Notes: generated from the sequence alone by a model not told the origin. Positions 18,615 to 27,553 are shown, counted from the stretch's first letter. The stretch is DNA of 32,000 nucleotides from Pyrodictium abyssi (GCF_036323395.1 NZ_AP028907.1:240001-272000); one strand, 5' to 3'. Program-made: numbers and translations.

Positions 18615-19338
18615 TGCTGCCTGCTTCCTCCGTGCCTACAAGCTGTCTGCCGAGCTTCGAGTATATCGTGCCCAGGTAGTTTAGGAAGAGGGGCCTAACT
18701 GGCTGCTCGAGTTCGCGTCTAGGCGGCTTCACGAATAGGTAGTACTTTTGGCCACCTTTCAGCTCTTCTACTATGCGCTCAGCTACAACCTTCACCGGGT
18801 CTATGTGCACCTGTTTCCTTATGTCCTCATAGCTTTTGAAAGGCTCGCGCTCTCTCGCCTCTATTATCTTCATAACGGTCTTCTTACCGACACCCGGTAG
18901 TAGCTCAAGGCTATGGAACCTAAGAGTTATAGGGCCAGCAATGTTGAAGAACTCGACGAATATAGGCTCCTTCTTCCTTACTATTTCTTCTATCACGCTG
19001 GGTAGCATCTCCTTCGCGAAGCTTGTCAGGTCGTCGTACTCTATGTCAGCCTCGACACGGAATACCTTGTCACGCATCTCGGCTACAGGGCCAACGTATA
19101 CCCGCTCGCCCACCTCTAGCTGGGCACCGTGCCGGGGCGACGCCTCCATTAGTATAAAGTAGTCTTCACCGACTAGCTGTATGACGGGCTTATTTCTATG
19201 CCATGGGTGCCTATCGGTTGGGTTGCCCATAGGTAGGTAGTCGAGCACATAGGCGTACTCCTCGTACGGCCTAGTGCCGCCTCTACGTCGCCGTCTCGCC
19301 CTACGCTGCTGCATAGCCGCTGCCCCTCTCGCGCTCAT
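18598..19338 (-). CDS. DUF655 family protein
   Basis: 246 aa with EEYAYVLDYLPMGNPTDRHPWHRNKPVIQLVGEDYF and LELLPGVGKKTVMKIIEAREREPFKSYEDIRKQV (HhH-like); adjacent to ksgA. Confidence 0.8.
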   Translation of the reverse strand: MSARGAAAMQQRRARRRRRGGTRPYEEYAYVLDYLPMGNPTDRHPWHRNKPVIQLVGEDYFILMEASPRHGAQLEVGERVYVGPVAEMRDKVFRVEADIEYDDLTSFAKEMLPSVIEEIVRKKEPIFVEFFNIAGPITLRFHSLELLPGVGKKTVMKIIEAREREPFKSYEDIRKQVHIDPVKVVAERIVEELKGGQKYYLFVKPPRRELEQPVRPLFLNYLGTIYSKLGRQLVGTEEAGSSEGQS

Positions 19339-19364
19339 CTATACTAAGCGCCACGACCAAGGGA

Positions 19365-19370
19365 TTTAAA
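19365..19370 (-). promoter_or_regulatory. TATA box for the DUF655-ksgA-hemK operon, implying a leaderless transcript
   Basis: Minus-strand CTTTAAAT centred about 29 bp upstream of the ATG at 19338. Confidence 0.5.
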
Positions 19371-19550
19371 GAGGCCGGAACCGGGTACATGCACTATTAG
19401 CATACAATTAGAAAGACAATGCACCATACTCCGGATACTGGGGTACTGCCGGCTTGACCTGGTCCTAAGGCTATCTGGTATGCCTTTGCTAGTACAGTGA
19501 TTATTTATGCTATTATAGAAGGCAGAAGGATAATGCTCCTTGGCTTGCTC

Positions 19551-19895
19551 TTATTCCTGGCCACAGCTCTCTTTCAAGATCTCTAGGGCCTTCTCAACGA
19601 CGCTGTCATCATAGCCTCCGTCTATGTCGCCTAGTATAGCCTTCGCCTCTTCAACGCTCGCTGGGACTATGTTTATGAGTATTGATGCTGCAAATTCGCT
19701 AAATCCTTCCTCTACCAGCTTGCCGAGAGCCTCTTCTGCTGCCTCTGGGCTGCACTTGGAGAACTTGGCTATATACTCATATGTTCTAGCTACTACCGGG
19801 TTTTCCTCTATAATCGAGCCCATAGACTCAAGTATCTTCTTTGCCACAGGTATAGGTGCATACTTGGCCTCAAGAATCTCTACCACGGCCAACAC
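19551..19895 (-). CDS. rpo4: DNA-directed RNA polymerase subunit F (Rpo4/RpoF)
   Basis: 114 aa with ILEAKYAPIPVAKKILES..., SPEAAEEALGKLVEEG, ASILINIVPASVEEAKAILG, typical of Rpo4; next to L21e. Confidence 0.8.
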   Translation of the reverse strand: MLAVVEILEAKYAPIPVAKKILESMGSIIEENPVVARTYEYIAKFSKCSPEAAEEALGKLVEEGFSEFAASILINIVPASVEEAKAILGDIDGGYDDSVVEKALEILKESCGQE

Positions 19896-19965
19896 CCTGC
19901 CGCCGAGCGTTACGTCGAATCTCCGCGCCCGTGCACAGGAGCATCCTCAAGCTATTGCACGACAC

Positions 19966-19975
19966 TATATAAAAT
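19966..19975 (-). promoter_or_regulatory. Candidate TATA box upstream of rpo4
   Basis: Minus-strand ATTTTATATA in the L21e-rpo4 gap, about 75 bp upstream of the rpo4 start. Confidence 0.4.
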
Positions 19976-20033
19976 CTGGATTGGGCAACATATGTGCGTC
20001 GAAGCCAGTTTACCTAGACCAGCGCGCGGCTGG

Positions 20034-20363
20034 CTAGCTCTTCTTCTCCTTTGGCGGCGTCAGAGCCTCTGGTGGTACTGGGCGTAGATGCTCTGGTCTG
20101 ACTATGAGCGTCTTTATCTTGCTCCCGACCTTGAGCTGGAGTATGTAAGCCTTCCCCCTCTTACCCACAACCGTGGCTACCTTGCCGTGGTAGCGGCGGT
20201 GCGGCATACCCCTCATCACAGAGGGGTTGATTATTATGTAGACCTTGTCGCCTGGCTTGTACTCGCGCATTAGCAGGCTTAGCGGCGGCACAGCGCCACG
20301 CTCGCGTATGTGCTTGCGTAGAAGCTTCCTACTACGGTGCCTGAAGCCCCTAGATGCCTTCAC
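20034..20363 (-). CDS. rpl21e: 50S ribosomal protein L21e
   Basis: 109 aa MKASRGFRHRSRKLLRKHIRERGAVPPLSLLMREYKPGDKVYIIINPSVMRGMPHRRYHGKVATV. Confidence 0.94.
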   Translation of the reverse strand: MKASRGFRHRSRKLLRKHIRERGAVPPLSLLMREYKPGDKVYIIINPSVMRGMPHRRYHGKVATVVGKRGKAYILQLKVGSKIKTLIVRPEHLRPVPPEALTPPKEKKS

Positions 20364-20404
20364 TCTCTATCCCCCGGTACATCCGCCGTGAGGAAGGCTC
20401 GGTA

Positions 20405-21781
20405 TTATATCCTCTTAGGGCCCTGGGGTACGGACTCTAGCACACCTAGCACATCAAGCTCCGCACAGTAGGCCTCCGCGCCGAGGTACTCGGCAAAGCT
20501 GGGGCTCGTATCGCCCCCGTCGCCGCTCACCAGCTCTTTTATGTAGAGGCCTCCCTCTGCCACGATCACGGCCTCGAAGACGCTAGCACCTATACGTCTC
20601 GTCTTGACGCCGAACACTACGCGTTCGCGCACTACGTCCGGCCTCCGGTGCCTCACTCTGCGGGGAGTTCGCTGCCGGATCGAAGCCCCCGTGAAGAACT
20701 CCTCTAGGCCACGTAGCTCCTCATCGCTTACCTCTCTGGAGACTACGACTAGCGCCTTGTATATCTTCGACCTCTTAGAGTGCTCGCCCTTGACCTTAGA
20801 CACGTCTCTACGGTAGGCCCTGCCCTCTAGCTTAACCTTTACAAGGCCCGCCGCATAGCGGTTGACAGTAGCTTCTAGGAACTCTGGGCTGAAGCGCCTA
20901 CGACGCGCCCTCTTCAGCTCCACTATGAAGGGCCTGCCTAGACCCAGCATCCGTGCGTCCGCATCTTCTCTACCCGAGCCATGAAGTATAGCGTCGTCTG
21001 CGTCGACCACCTCAGCTAGTATGAACAGGGCGTCCTCGACACTGAATGGGTATCTACGCTCCCCGTACCTGGTTATCCAGGCAGACTGGGATACTCTGCG
21101 GGCTATCTTCCAGTACCTGCCGCGGAGGAGCAGGGGCATAGCATGTATACTCACACTGCCCCGAGGGACCTCGATCTCTACCACTACGTCCGGGTTATCA
21201 AACTCTGGCTGGAGCCCAGTAAGCTTCTGAAGCCTCTTGCTAACCTCTCTCTTCACCTCCGAGGCTATAGACTCCGCGTAGACCAGCCCGAAGCGCCTCT
21301 TGAGCTCGTCTTCACGCTCTCGTAGCTCTGGGTCAAGCCTCGCCGCTACCAGGAAGTTGCCGACATCCATCCTGGAGAGCATCTCTGCCGCGCGCCGAGC
21401 CGCCTCGTCGAAGAGCCTTGGGAGCCTCGAGCCACATATGTAGCACTCCCTATAGCTTAGCGTTCCCCCGTGGGTCTCGCTGTACAGCTTCTCGGCTATA
21501 CCACCGATATTAGGCGCTAGTTTCTCCAGCTCCGCGCGGCTAGCATCGCTACCCTCACGTATACCAGCATGAAGCCCCATCACTATGAGGCGTTTTAGCG
21601 CGTCGCCCCTCTCAGCGTTACTCCAGCCCCTGCCGAGTAGAGCAAACATCCTGCCCAGACAGTAGCTGCAGAGGGGATACTCTCGGAGGATGGCATAAGC
21701 CTTCTCAATAATCCTAACTGCATCCGAGGCTATGGTGCTGGTCTTCTGTATCCCTGCATCCCCGGCGGCACCGCTCATCAT
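20405..21781 (-). CDS. pus10: tRNA pseudouridine(54/55) synthase Pus10
   Basis: 458 aa with N-terminal CSYCLGRMFALLGRG, CYICGSRL, and KLTGLQPEFDNPDVVVEIE and GSGREDADARMLGLGRPFIVELKRARRR motifs. Confidence 0.92.
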   Translation of the reverse strand: MMSGAAGDAGIQKTSTIASDAVRIIEKAYAILREYPLCSYCLGRMFALLGRGWSNAERGDALKRLIVMGLHAGIREGSDASRAELEKLAPNIGGIAEKLYSETHGGTLSYRECYICGSRLPRLFDEAARRAAEMLSRMDVGNFLVAARLDPELREREDELKRRFGLVYAESIASEVKREVSKRLQKLTGLQPEFDNPDVVVEIEVPRGSVSIHAMPLLLRGRYWKIARRVSQSAWITRYGERRYPFSVEDALFILAEVVDADDAILHGSGREDADARMLGLGRPFIVELKRARRRRFSPEFLEATVNRYAAGLVKVKLEGRAYRRDVSKVKGEHSKRSKIYKALVVVSREVSDEELRGLEEFFTGASIRQRTPRRVRHRRPDVVRERVVFGVKTRRIGASVFEAVIVAEGGLYIKELVSGDGGDTSPSFAEYLGAEAYCAELDVLGVLESVPQGPKRI

Positions 21782-22229
21782 ACGCTACCATTGCTGCTGC
21801 TACGAGCCACCAGGGCTTTAACCCGATACGCTGGCCCCGGACGAGTATACAGTCTCCACACGCACCCCCGGCTAGGACCTCTTCTGCATCAACACATGAC
21901 TCGGTATCGCCTATGCTGTTTCCCGCCTCGACTCTTATCCCGGGCCATCCTCCCCTAGCTACCGCGTTGCGCAACACACCTAGTAGGCTCGATTCGTCTG
22001 CACGCAGCCACCGGACCCGGGACCCATCTATGCGCAGCGTTAAGGGCTTCTGCTCGCCGCCAGCCTCCGTCCATACTAGCAGCTCTACACACACCCATCT
22101 ACGTATACTATTGGATAGCAGCAGAGCCGAGACGGCCACCAAGCCTGCACGGAGAAGAGAGTCGGGAGAAGGCTCACCGAGGTAGACTACCCTAGCCCGG
22201 CAGCCGCCCCATCTTCGCGAACTTCTCAA
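21714..22229 (-). CDS. Probable TrmY-like (DUF358) tRNA pseudouridine(54) N1-methyltransferase, divergent
   Basis: 171 aa ORF with VVYLGEPSPDSLLRAGLVAVSALLLSNSIRRWVCVELLVW...LTLRIDGSRVRWLRADESSLLGVLRNAV, resembling TrmY pattern (SxxIRRDV.V.L, L.G..VR.L.PDE.S). Overlaps pus10 and srp54. Confidence 0.5.
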   Translation of the reverse strand: MRSSRRWGGCRARVVYLGEPSPDSLLRAGLVAVSALLLSNSIRRWVCVELLVWTEAGGEQKPLTLRIDGSRVRWLRADESSLLGVLRNAVARGGWPGIRVEAGNSIGDTESCVDAEEVLAGGACGDCILVRGQRIGLKPWWLVAAAMVAYDERCRRGCRDTEDQHHSLGCS

Positions 22230-23541
22230 GTATATCCTTCCTCTTCCGGAGCTGCCTCATCATCCTTTTCACGGTCTTGTAGTAGTTGTATAGCTCCCGT
22301 ACCTCACTCATCTCCACACCCGCGCCTATGGCTATCCGTTTAACACGGCTACGCTGTTCCAGGAGCTCCGGGTCATCCAGCTCCTCGTAGGTCATCGAGT
22401 TCATTATGCTTATCCACTTCTTCATCTTCTCCTCGCTGACCTTGGCAGCCTCGTCGAAGGAGTCAAGCATCGTGGAGAACCCTGGTATCATCTGGAGCAC
22501 CTTGCGGAAGGGGCCGAGCTTTCTCATCTGCTCGAGCTGCTTGTATAGCACGCGGAAGGTTATCTTCCCCGCGACCATCTCTGCAACAGTCTTCTCGAAC
22601 TCCTCGACGCTCTGTAGCCTCTCTATGCGCTCTAGGAGTGACTCTAGGTCTCCCATGCCGAGTAGTCTCGCCACGAAGCGGCGTGGCCTAAACACTTCTA
22701 GCTCGTCGACATCCTCGCCGGTTCCGATGAATTTTATCCTAGCCCCGGTCGCTGCTACCGCTGATAGCGCGCCACCACCCTTGGCTGTTCCATCCATCTT
22801 CGTAACCACTATGCTTCCTATCGGCGTAGCCTCGTGGAACCGCTTAGCCAGGTCGTAGCTCTTCTGGCCCATAGCAGCGTCTATCACCAACATGACCTCG
22901 TCGGGGCTTATGGCCTCTGCTATCCGACGCATCTCCTCGAGAAGTGCCTCCTCCTCGCCGTAGCCGTGACGGCCAGCAGTGTCTACTATGATTATGTCTG
23001 CTCCTCTCTTCTTCAGCTCCTCTACACCCTTCCGGGCTATGGCTACAGCGTCCTTGGAGCCCGGCTCCCCGTAGAACATTGCACCTACGCGGTTGGCTAG
23101 CTGCTGGAGCTGCTCGTAGGCACCCGGCCTATAGGTGTCGGCGGCGACTACACCTACACGGTAGCCCATGGATCTGTAGAACTTAGCCAGCTTACCCACC
23201 GTGGTGGTCTTACCGCTCCCTTGTACACCAACCATCATTATCACGTAGGGCGTGTACGGCGGCTTCACCTCCGGCTCCGTGTCCCCGCCGAACAGCTTCA
23301 CTAGCTCCTCGTAGGTTACCTTGACCAGCCATTCACGCCTACTAACGCCTGGAGGAGGCTGCTCCTTGAGAGCTCTCTCGCGTATCCTCTTTGTCAGCTC
23401 GAACACAAGGCGGACGTTCACGTCAGCGGATATTAGCGCGCGCTGGATATCCCTAATGTACTCCTTTACTATCGCCTCATACGGGCCGCTACGCTTTAGC
23501 AGCTTTCCTACAGCCTTCCGTAGGTCGTCTAGACCCGGCAT
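22192..23541 (-). CDS. srp54: Signal recognition particle 54 kDa protein (SRP54/Ffh)
   Basis: 449 aa with GVQGSGKTTTVGKLAKFYRSMG, DTYRPGAYEQL, DTAGRHGYGEE, TKMDGTAKGGGALSAV, and M-domain. Confidence 0.95.
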   Translation of the reverse strand: MPGLDDLRKAVGKLLKRSGPYEAIVKEYIRDIQRALISADVNVRLVFELTKRIRERALKEQPPPGVSRREWLVKVTYEELVKLFGGDTEPEVKPPYTPYVIMMVGVQGSGKTTTVGKLAKFYRSMGYRVGVVAADTYRPGAYEQLQQLANRVGAMFYGEPGSKDAVAIARKGVEELKKRGADIIIVDTAGRHGYGEEEALLEEMRRIAEAISPDEVMLVIDAAMGQKSYDLAKRFHEATPIGSIVVTKMDGTAKGGGALSAVAATGARIKFIGTGEDVDELEVFRPRRFVARLLGMGDLESLLERIERLQSVEEFEKTVAEMVAGKITFRVLYKQLEQMRKLGPFRKVLQMIPGFSTMLDSFDEAAKVSEEKMKKWISIMNSMTYEELDDPELLEQRSRVKRIAIGAGVEMSEVRELYNYYKTVKRMMRQLRKRKDILEKFAKMGRLPG

Positions 23542-23585
23542 ACCTTCCCCCTACCGGCTACACTAGACAGCCTCGCCCGGGATAA

Positions 23586-24623
23586 TTATCGTAGACGCCT
23601 CCTCCCAGCCACTATGGCTACAGTAGAGAATAGCCACGCCACAAGCAGTAGTGTGGCAGCCCTGCAGGAGTAGCCCCACACAGGCACCGCTGCCAGGAGC
23701 AGTACGTAGGGCAGTAGCGTGAAGCGCCGGGCATTAGGGAGCCCAGCCGCCACCGGGACCATCATGGGCGCGTGCACAGCTATATGCGCACCAACAAAGC
23801 CTATTAGCACAGCGTGCAGCGCATAGGCGCCTACCCCCTCCACCACCGCGTAGAGGCTGAGGGCCGCCGCCACAAGCACCGCTATGTGGCCTACGGCGAA
23901 GTATCTGCGCGCAGCCTTGCCGCCCTGTATGCATCGGTTCGCCTCGTATAGCCTAGCACCGATAACGTAGAGAGCCATCGAGAGAAGTACTGCTGGGCCT
24001 GCATAGCTGCTCCCCGCGATGGCTGCTACCCCGGATACGAGCGAGGCCGCGGTGGAGGCTGGTAGAAGCCATAGTACCGGCTTGAGCCCACACGTCATCG
24101 TGAAGGACTGGAACGAGACCGCGTACACCATGGGGAGTAGTAGGCTGTACGTCAGCGCGACCGCCGCGCCACGGACACCGGAGCCGCTATAAGCGATGAA
24201 GACGAGCACACTCGACACCAGGTATGATAGCGATATGTGCATGTAGCTTGCACGGGCTACGGCGTTGCGGAGCCTCACAGCCCCAAGCGCCGCCAGCACC
24301 GCCATAACCGCGGCTGGAATACTGTAGAAGAGCCACGCGCTAGGGGCTCCGCTGTACGCTAGCAGGGGGAACACTGAGAGGGCCACTACTACCGGAACAA
24401 CCGCCGCCTCGGCCGCCCCGCCTAGACGGTGTAGGACGGGCGCCGAGTACGCATAGGCCATAACACTGGTGAACAGCGTCAAGCCGCCAGGAACCATGAA
24501 GGCTACATGGGTATACACATTCCCACGATATGCGGCAGAGAGGGCCACAGCGACATAGACTATGGATACGGCTATCCCTGCCCTTATGCTCCACAGCCTG
24601 GCTCTACGCCACAGCCCCGCCAA
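23586..24623 (-). CDS. Uncharacterised polytopic membrane protein
   Basis: 345 aa with many hydrophobic segments and a positively charged C-terminus; no family recognised. Confidence 0.6.
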   Translation of the reverse strand: MAGLWRRARLWSIRAGIAVSIVYVAVALSAAYRGNVYTHVAFMVPGGLTLFTSVMAYAYSAPVLHRLGGAAEAAVVPVVVALSVFPLLAYSGAPSAWLFYSIPAAVMAVLAALGAVRLRNAVARASYMHISLSYLVSSVLVFIAYSGSGVRGAAVALTYSLLLPMVYAVSFQSFTMTCGLKPVLWLLPASTAASLVSGVAAIAGSSYAGPAVLLSMALYVIGARLYEANRCIQGGKAARRYFAVGHIAVLVAAALSLYAVVEGVGAYALHAVLIGFVGAHIAVHAPMMVPVAAGLPNARRFTLLPYVLLLAAVPVWGYSCRAATLLLVAWLFSTVAIVAGRRRLR

Positions 24624-24823
24624 GCCTGGGCAGCACCACCATGCGTGAGGCCGTAGCCTCCTCTAGAACCCGTGGCAGAATACGCCACCGAGGCGTATAC
24701 CCGGCCTCAAGGCTATAAGCCGTAGAGTACTATACCACCGACATGTTGCGGCAGCCACGGGTAAGGGAAAAACTGCAAAGGAATGCTGGGAACGCCGACA
24801 CAGCTAGAATTCATATTCATTCA

Positions 24824-25231
24824 TTACCTCTGACCGCCGCGTACACGCGTTATCATGTACTTGCCCATGACAACCCAGTACTCTACCTCGACGCCAGGCT
24901 GGAGCTTGGAGCGCAGGTCCTCATCGCTGGGCTTCTCCACCTCGAACGTCTCGAAGGTCTCCATGTCCATTATCTGGACCATGTCGCCCATGTCGGCTAT
25001 TACCTGGCCCACACGCTTGTCTATTATCGGCACCTCTACACGCGCATCAACAGGGGCCGTGAGGGTCTTCTTGTTGCCCGAGAAGAGGCAAACCGCCACC
25101 ACGTGAGCCTTAGCACTACCGTGCTTACCCGTCTTGGCGCGGCTCATCTCCACGATCTTGCAGGGCTCACCGTCTATCACTATGTAGCTGCCGACGCGTA
25201 GCTCACCCAGAGTCGCGTAGGTGATGCTCAT
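24824..25231 (-). CDS. eif5a: Translation initiation factor aIF5A
   Basis: 135 aa with [37 protein letters not shown] hypusine-loop motif. Confidence 0.95.
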   Translation of the reverse strand: MSITYATLGELRVGSYIVIDGEPCKIVEMSRAKTGKHGSAKAHVVAVCLFSGNKKTLTAPVDARVEVPIIDKRVGQVIADMGDMVQIMDMETFETFEVEKPSDEDLRSKLQPGVEVEYWVVMGKYMITRVRGGQR

Positions 25232-25314
25232 ACCACTCTACCCCCAGGCCCAGCGCCAGGCCCCCGGACATCTTTTAGCCTTAGCCCCCAGGCCCCCGAG
25301 GCACGACAGCAAGG

Positions 25315-25321
25315 TATTTAA
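25315..25321 (+). promoter_or_regulatory. Candidate TATA box for tRNA-Asp
   Basis: TATTTAA about 37 bp upstream of the tRNA 5' end. Confidence 0.45.
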
Positions 25322-25354
25322 CCGGGCACGAGTAGGGAGTGCCTTTCACATGGT

Positions 25355-25432
25355 GCCGCGGTAGTATAGCCTGGCCCAGTATGCGGGCCTGTCAAGCCCG
25401 TGACCCGGGTTCAAATCCCGGCCGCGGCGCCA
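25355..25432 (+). tRNA. tRNA-Asp (anticodon GTC), CCA encoded, no intron
   Basis: Acceptor GCCGCGG (25355-25361) pairs with CCGCGGC (25422-25428). Anticodon arm is CGGGC-CTGTCAA-GCCCG and T arm is CCGGG-TTCAAAT-CCCGG. The 3' CCA is encoded. Confidence 0.95.
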
Positions 25433-25641
25433 CCCCACCAACACCGGATATAGCCCGCGGCGCACCGCGGCACCACCTCCTTCTAACACACCCTAGTCCC
25501 TACAGCGCCGCTACCCTCTACGGCGCCGGTAAGCTGGTTACCGGGGAAGGACAACATCAGAGTAACCGCGCGTAGCTCATCCTTTAGCTTACCGGGACAA
25601 AAGAGAATCATGGCCACATAGGCCTCTAGGTGGCTCGTTGC

Positions 25642-26194
25642 ATGCCTAGGCATATTGTAGATGGGCTAGTCGAGGATCACGACCATATACTTAGGGCGCT
25701 CGACCTCTTAATGGAGTCGCTGAGCCTGCTTGAGCAAGGAAAGCTAAGCCCCCGACGCTGTAGAGGAGCTCATAGACTTCCTCTCGAAGTTCGCTGACCA
25801 GTGCCACCACGGTAAGGAAGAGCTAGTCCTTTTCCCTGTCCTCGAGAAGCACGGTATACCACTCCACGGTGGACCAATAGGCGTCATGGTGTGCGAGCAC
25901 GGCGTGGGGAGGTACATGCTGCGCAACGCGAGGAGTGCCCTTGAACGCCTACGGGGAGGCGAGTATAGTGCTATAGAGGGTCTGAGGAGGTATGCTGAGT
26001 CGTATAGGGAGCTGCTAGTCCAGCACATAGACAAGGAAAACAACGTACTATTCCCCATGGCTAAGCAGGTTGTCGCCGAAGGAGAGCTAGTAGAAGAAGC
26101 CGAAAGGGTTGAGAGGGAGCATAACCACGAGGAGATGCTCAGGAAGCTAGAGGAACTACAGAGGGCCATCGAGGCAGCTAGTTCTAGCGGCTAA
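25642..26194 (+). pseudogene. Hemerythrin-like (HHE) domain protein with a +1 frameshift in a C-run; authentic frameshift or sequence error unresolved
   Basis: Frame 1 from ATG 25642: MPRHIVDGLVEDHDHILRALDLLMESLSLLEQGKLSP. After the C5 run at 25749-25753 the other frame gives DAVEELIDFLSKFADQCHHGKEELVLFPVLEKHGIPLHGGPIGVMVCEHGVGRYM... through to ...HIDKENNVLFPMAKQ...EHNHEEML. The ORF track lists only the part from 25886. Confidence 0.8.
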
Positions 26195-26284
26195 AGCACC
26201 GCTGCGTGGAGTACCGCTTCCAAAGGGCTGAACCATTACCATCCACGGCCATGAGGCTGCGCGGCCGACCCCGGCTCCCAGTCC

Positions 26285-26757
26285 TCACATTCCACGGTAG
26301 CTGTGCTTCACTTTTACCTCGAGGAGCCCCCGCAGCTTAGCCCCATAGTCCGGCGGCAGCCTGTGCCCGTGCTCGCTGTAGAGCTTCATGACGTAGCCCT
26401 CGCGGCCCCTGAAGTAGTCGAGCCACTCTAGCAGCCTCCTGGGCGACGGGCTCCCCTCGGCGTCTACCACCATGTAGCTGGGATGCTCCAGCCCAGTCTT
26501 CTCGGCCAGGTCCATCCTTTCCCCGGGGCTCAGGGCGCGCGCCAGGAACGGGGCGTCGCGTAGGCCTGGGCGAGGGCGTTGAGGAGCCACTGTGGCGCTC
26601 TGCGCCCAGAGCCCGTGTAGACCCGGCCGCCGTGCACCACCAGGAGGTAGCCGTCTAGCTTCTCCTCGAGCACTATAGGCCCCTGTACACGTAGCCTACC
26701 CATGTCCACTAGGCGCTTGTAGTCCATGAGCCGGATTACGGGGTGTAGCAGGGCCAT
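26285..26757 (-). pseudogene. Split ORF pair resembling a covalent nucleotidyltransferase/RNA ligase-like domain
   Basis: ORF 26530-26757 has VLEEKLDGYLLVVHGGRVYTGS (motif I-like KxDG). ORF 26285-26590, in another frame, has YMVVDAEG, REGYVMKLYSEHG (motif IV-like) and LLEVKVKHSYRG (motif V-like). Confidence 0.4.
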
Positions 26758-26785
26758 GCTCTCCCAGCGCTCCCCGCCAGCCGGG

Positions 26786-27553
26786 CTACCCGGTATCCAG
26801 GCTTCTAGCCACCATGTATAAGCCCGTCAGCAGGTAGTAGAGGGCCGCTATAAGCCGTAGCGTCCTCGCCTCTAGCCGGAGCAGCACCCTCGCCGACACC
26901 GTGGCGCCGGTGTACGTGCCGGCGAGCAGGAGCAGCGACAGCGCGGGGTCTACGCGGCCCGCCAGCGCGTGGCCCACGACACCGGTGAGCGCTGTTACGC
27001 CCACCATTAGCTTGCTCGTGGCCACTGCTGCGTGTACATCGAACCCCAGGACTAGGACCAGTAGCGGCACCTTCAGCACGCCGCCACCGATCCCGAACAC
27101 GGCGGACACGAGGCCGGCTGCCAGCGATACGAGCCAGCCCAGGCCAAGCCTCCAGGCCGGTATCTCCGCTAGGCCTCTCCAGCCGCCCTCGGGCCTGATC
27201 CTCTCCAGGGCGGTGAAGCTAGCCGCGGACGCTACCAGCACGAGGCCGAGGAGGAGGGTGAGTACCCGGCTCTCGAGCCTACCCAGGACCTCCACACCGA
27301 CAACCGCGCCTAGTATCGAAGCCGTCTCGAGGAACACAGCCATTCGTGGATCCACTAGGCCGCGCCGGTACAGCCGGCGGAGCCCGCCCAGGCTCGTACC
27401 CAGTATCGCCACCAGGCTGGCCGGCACAGCCCTCTTGATGTCTACCCCTGCGAGGACCAGCAGCGGCACCATGACGCTGCCGCCGCCGATCCCCAGCAGG
27501 GTCCCCAGGAATCCGGCCACAAGGCCTATCGCTAGCGGCTCTAGCAGGTTCAA
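26786..27553 (-). CDS. TSUP (TauE/SafE) family membrane transporter
   Basis: 255 aa with two repeats: AGFLGTLLGIGGGSVMVPLLVLAG...ASLVAILGTSLGG and AGLVSAVFGIGGGVLKVPLLVLVLGFDVHAAVATSKLMVG. Confidence 0.88.
   Translation of the reverse strand: MNLLEPLAIGLVAGFLGTLLGIGGGSVMVPLLVLAGVDIKRAVPASLVAILGTSLGGLRRLYRRGLVDPRMAVFLETASILGAVVGVEVLGRLESRVLTLLLGLVLVASAASFTALERIRPEGGWRGLAEIPAWRLGLGWLVSLAAGLVSAVFGIGGGVLKVPLLVLVLGFDVHAAVATSKLMVGVTALTGVVGHALAGRVDPALSLLLLAGTYTGATVSARVLLRLEARTLRLIAALYYLLTGLYMVARSLDTG

Noticed and set aside
24743-25201. 152 aa plus-strand ORF rich in His/Leu/Tyr
   Set aside because: Full antisense to aIF5A, which is unambiguous.
25339-25575. 78 aa plus-strand ORF
   Set aside because: Runs through the tRNA-Asp gene; not credible as protein.
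25744-26169. 141 aa minus-strand ORF, Ser-rich
   Set aside because: Antisense to the hemerythrin reading frame, whose metal-ligand motifs are intact.
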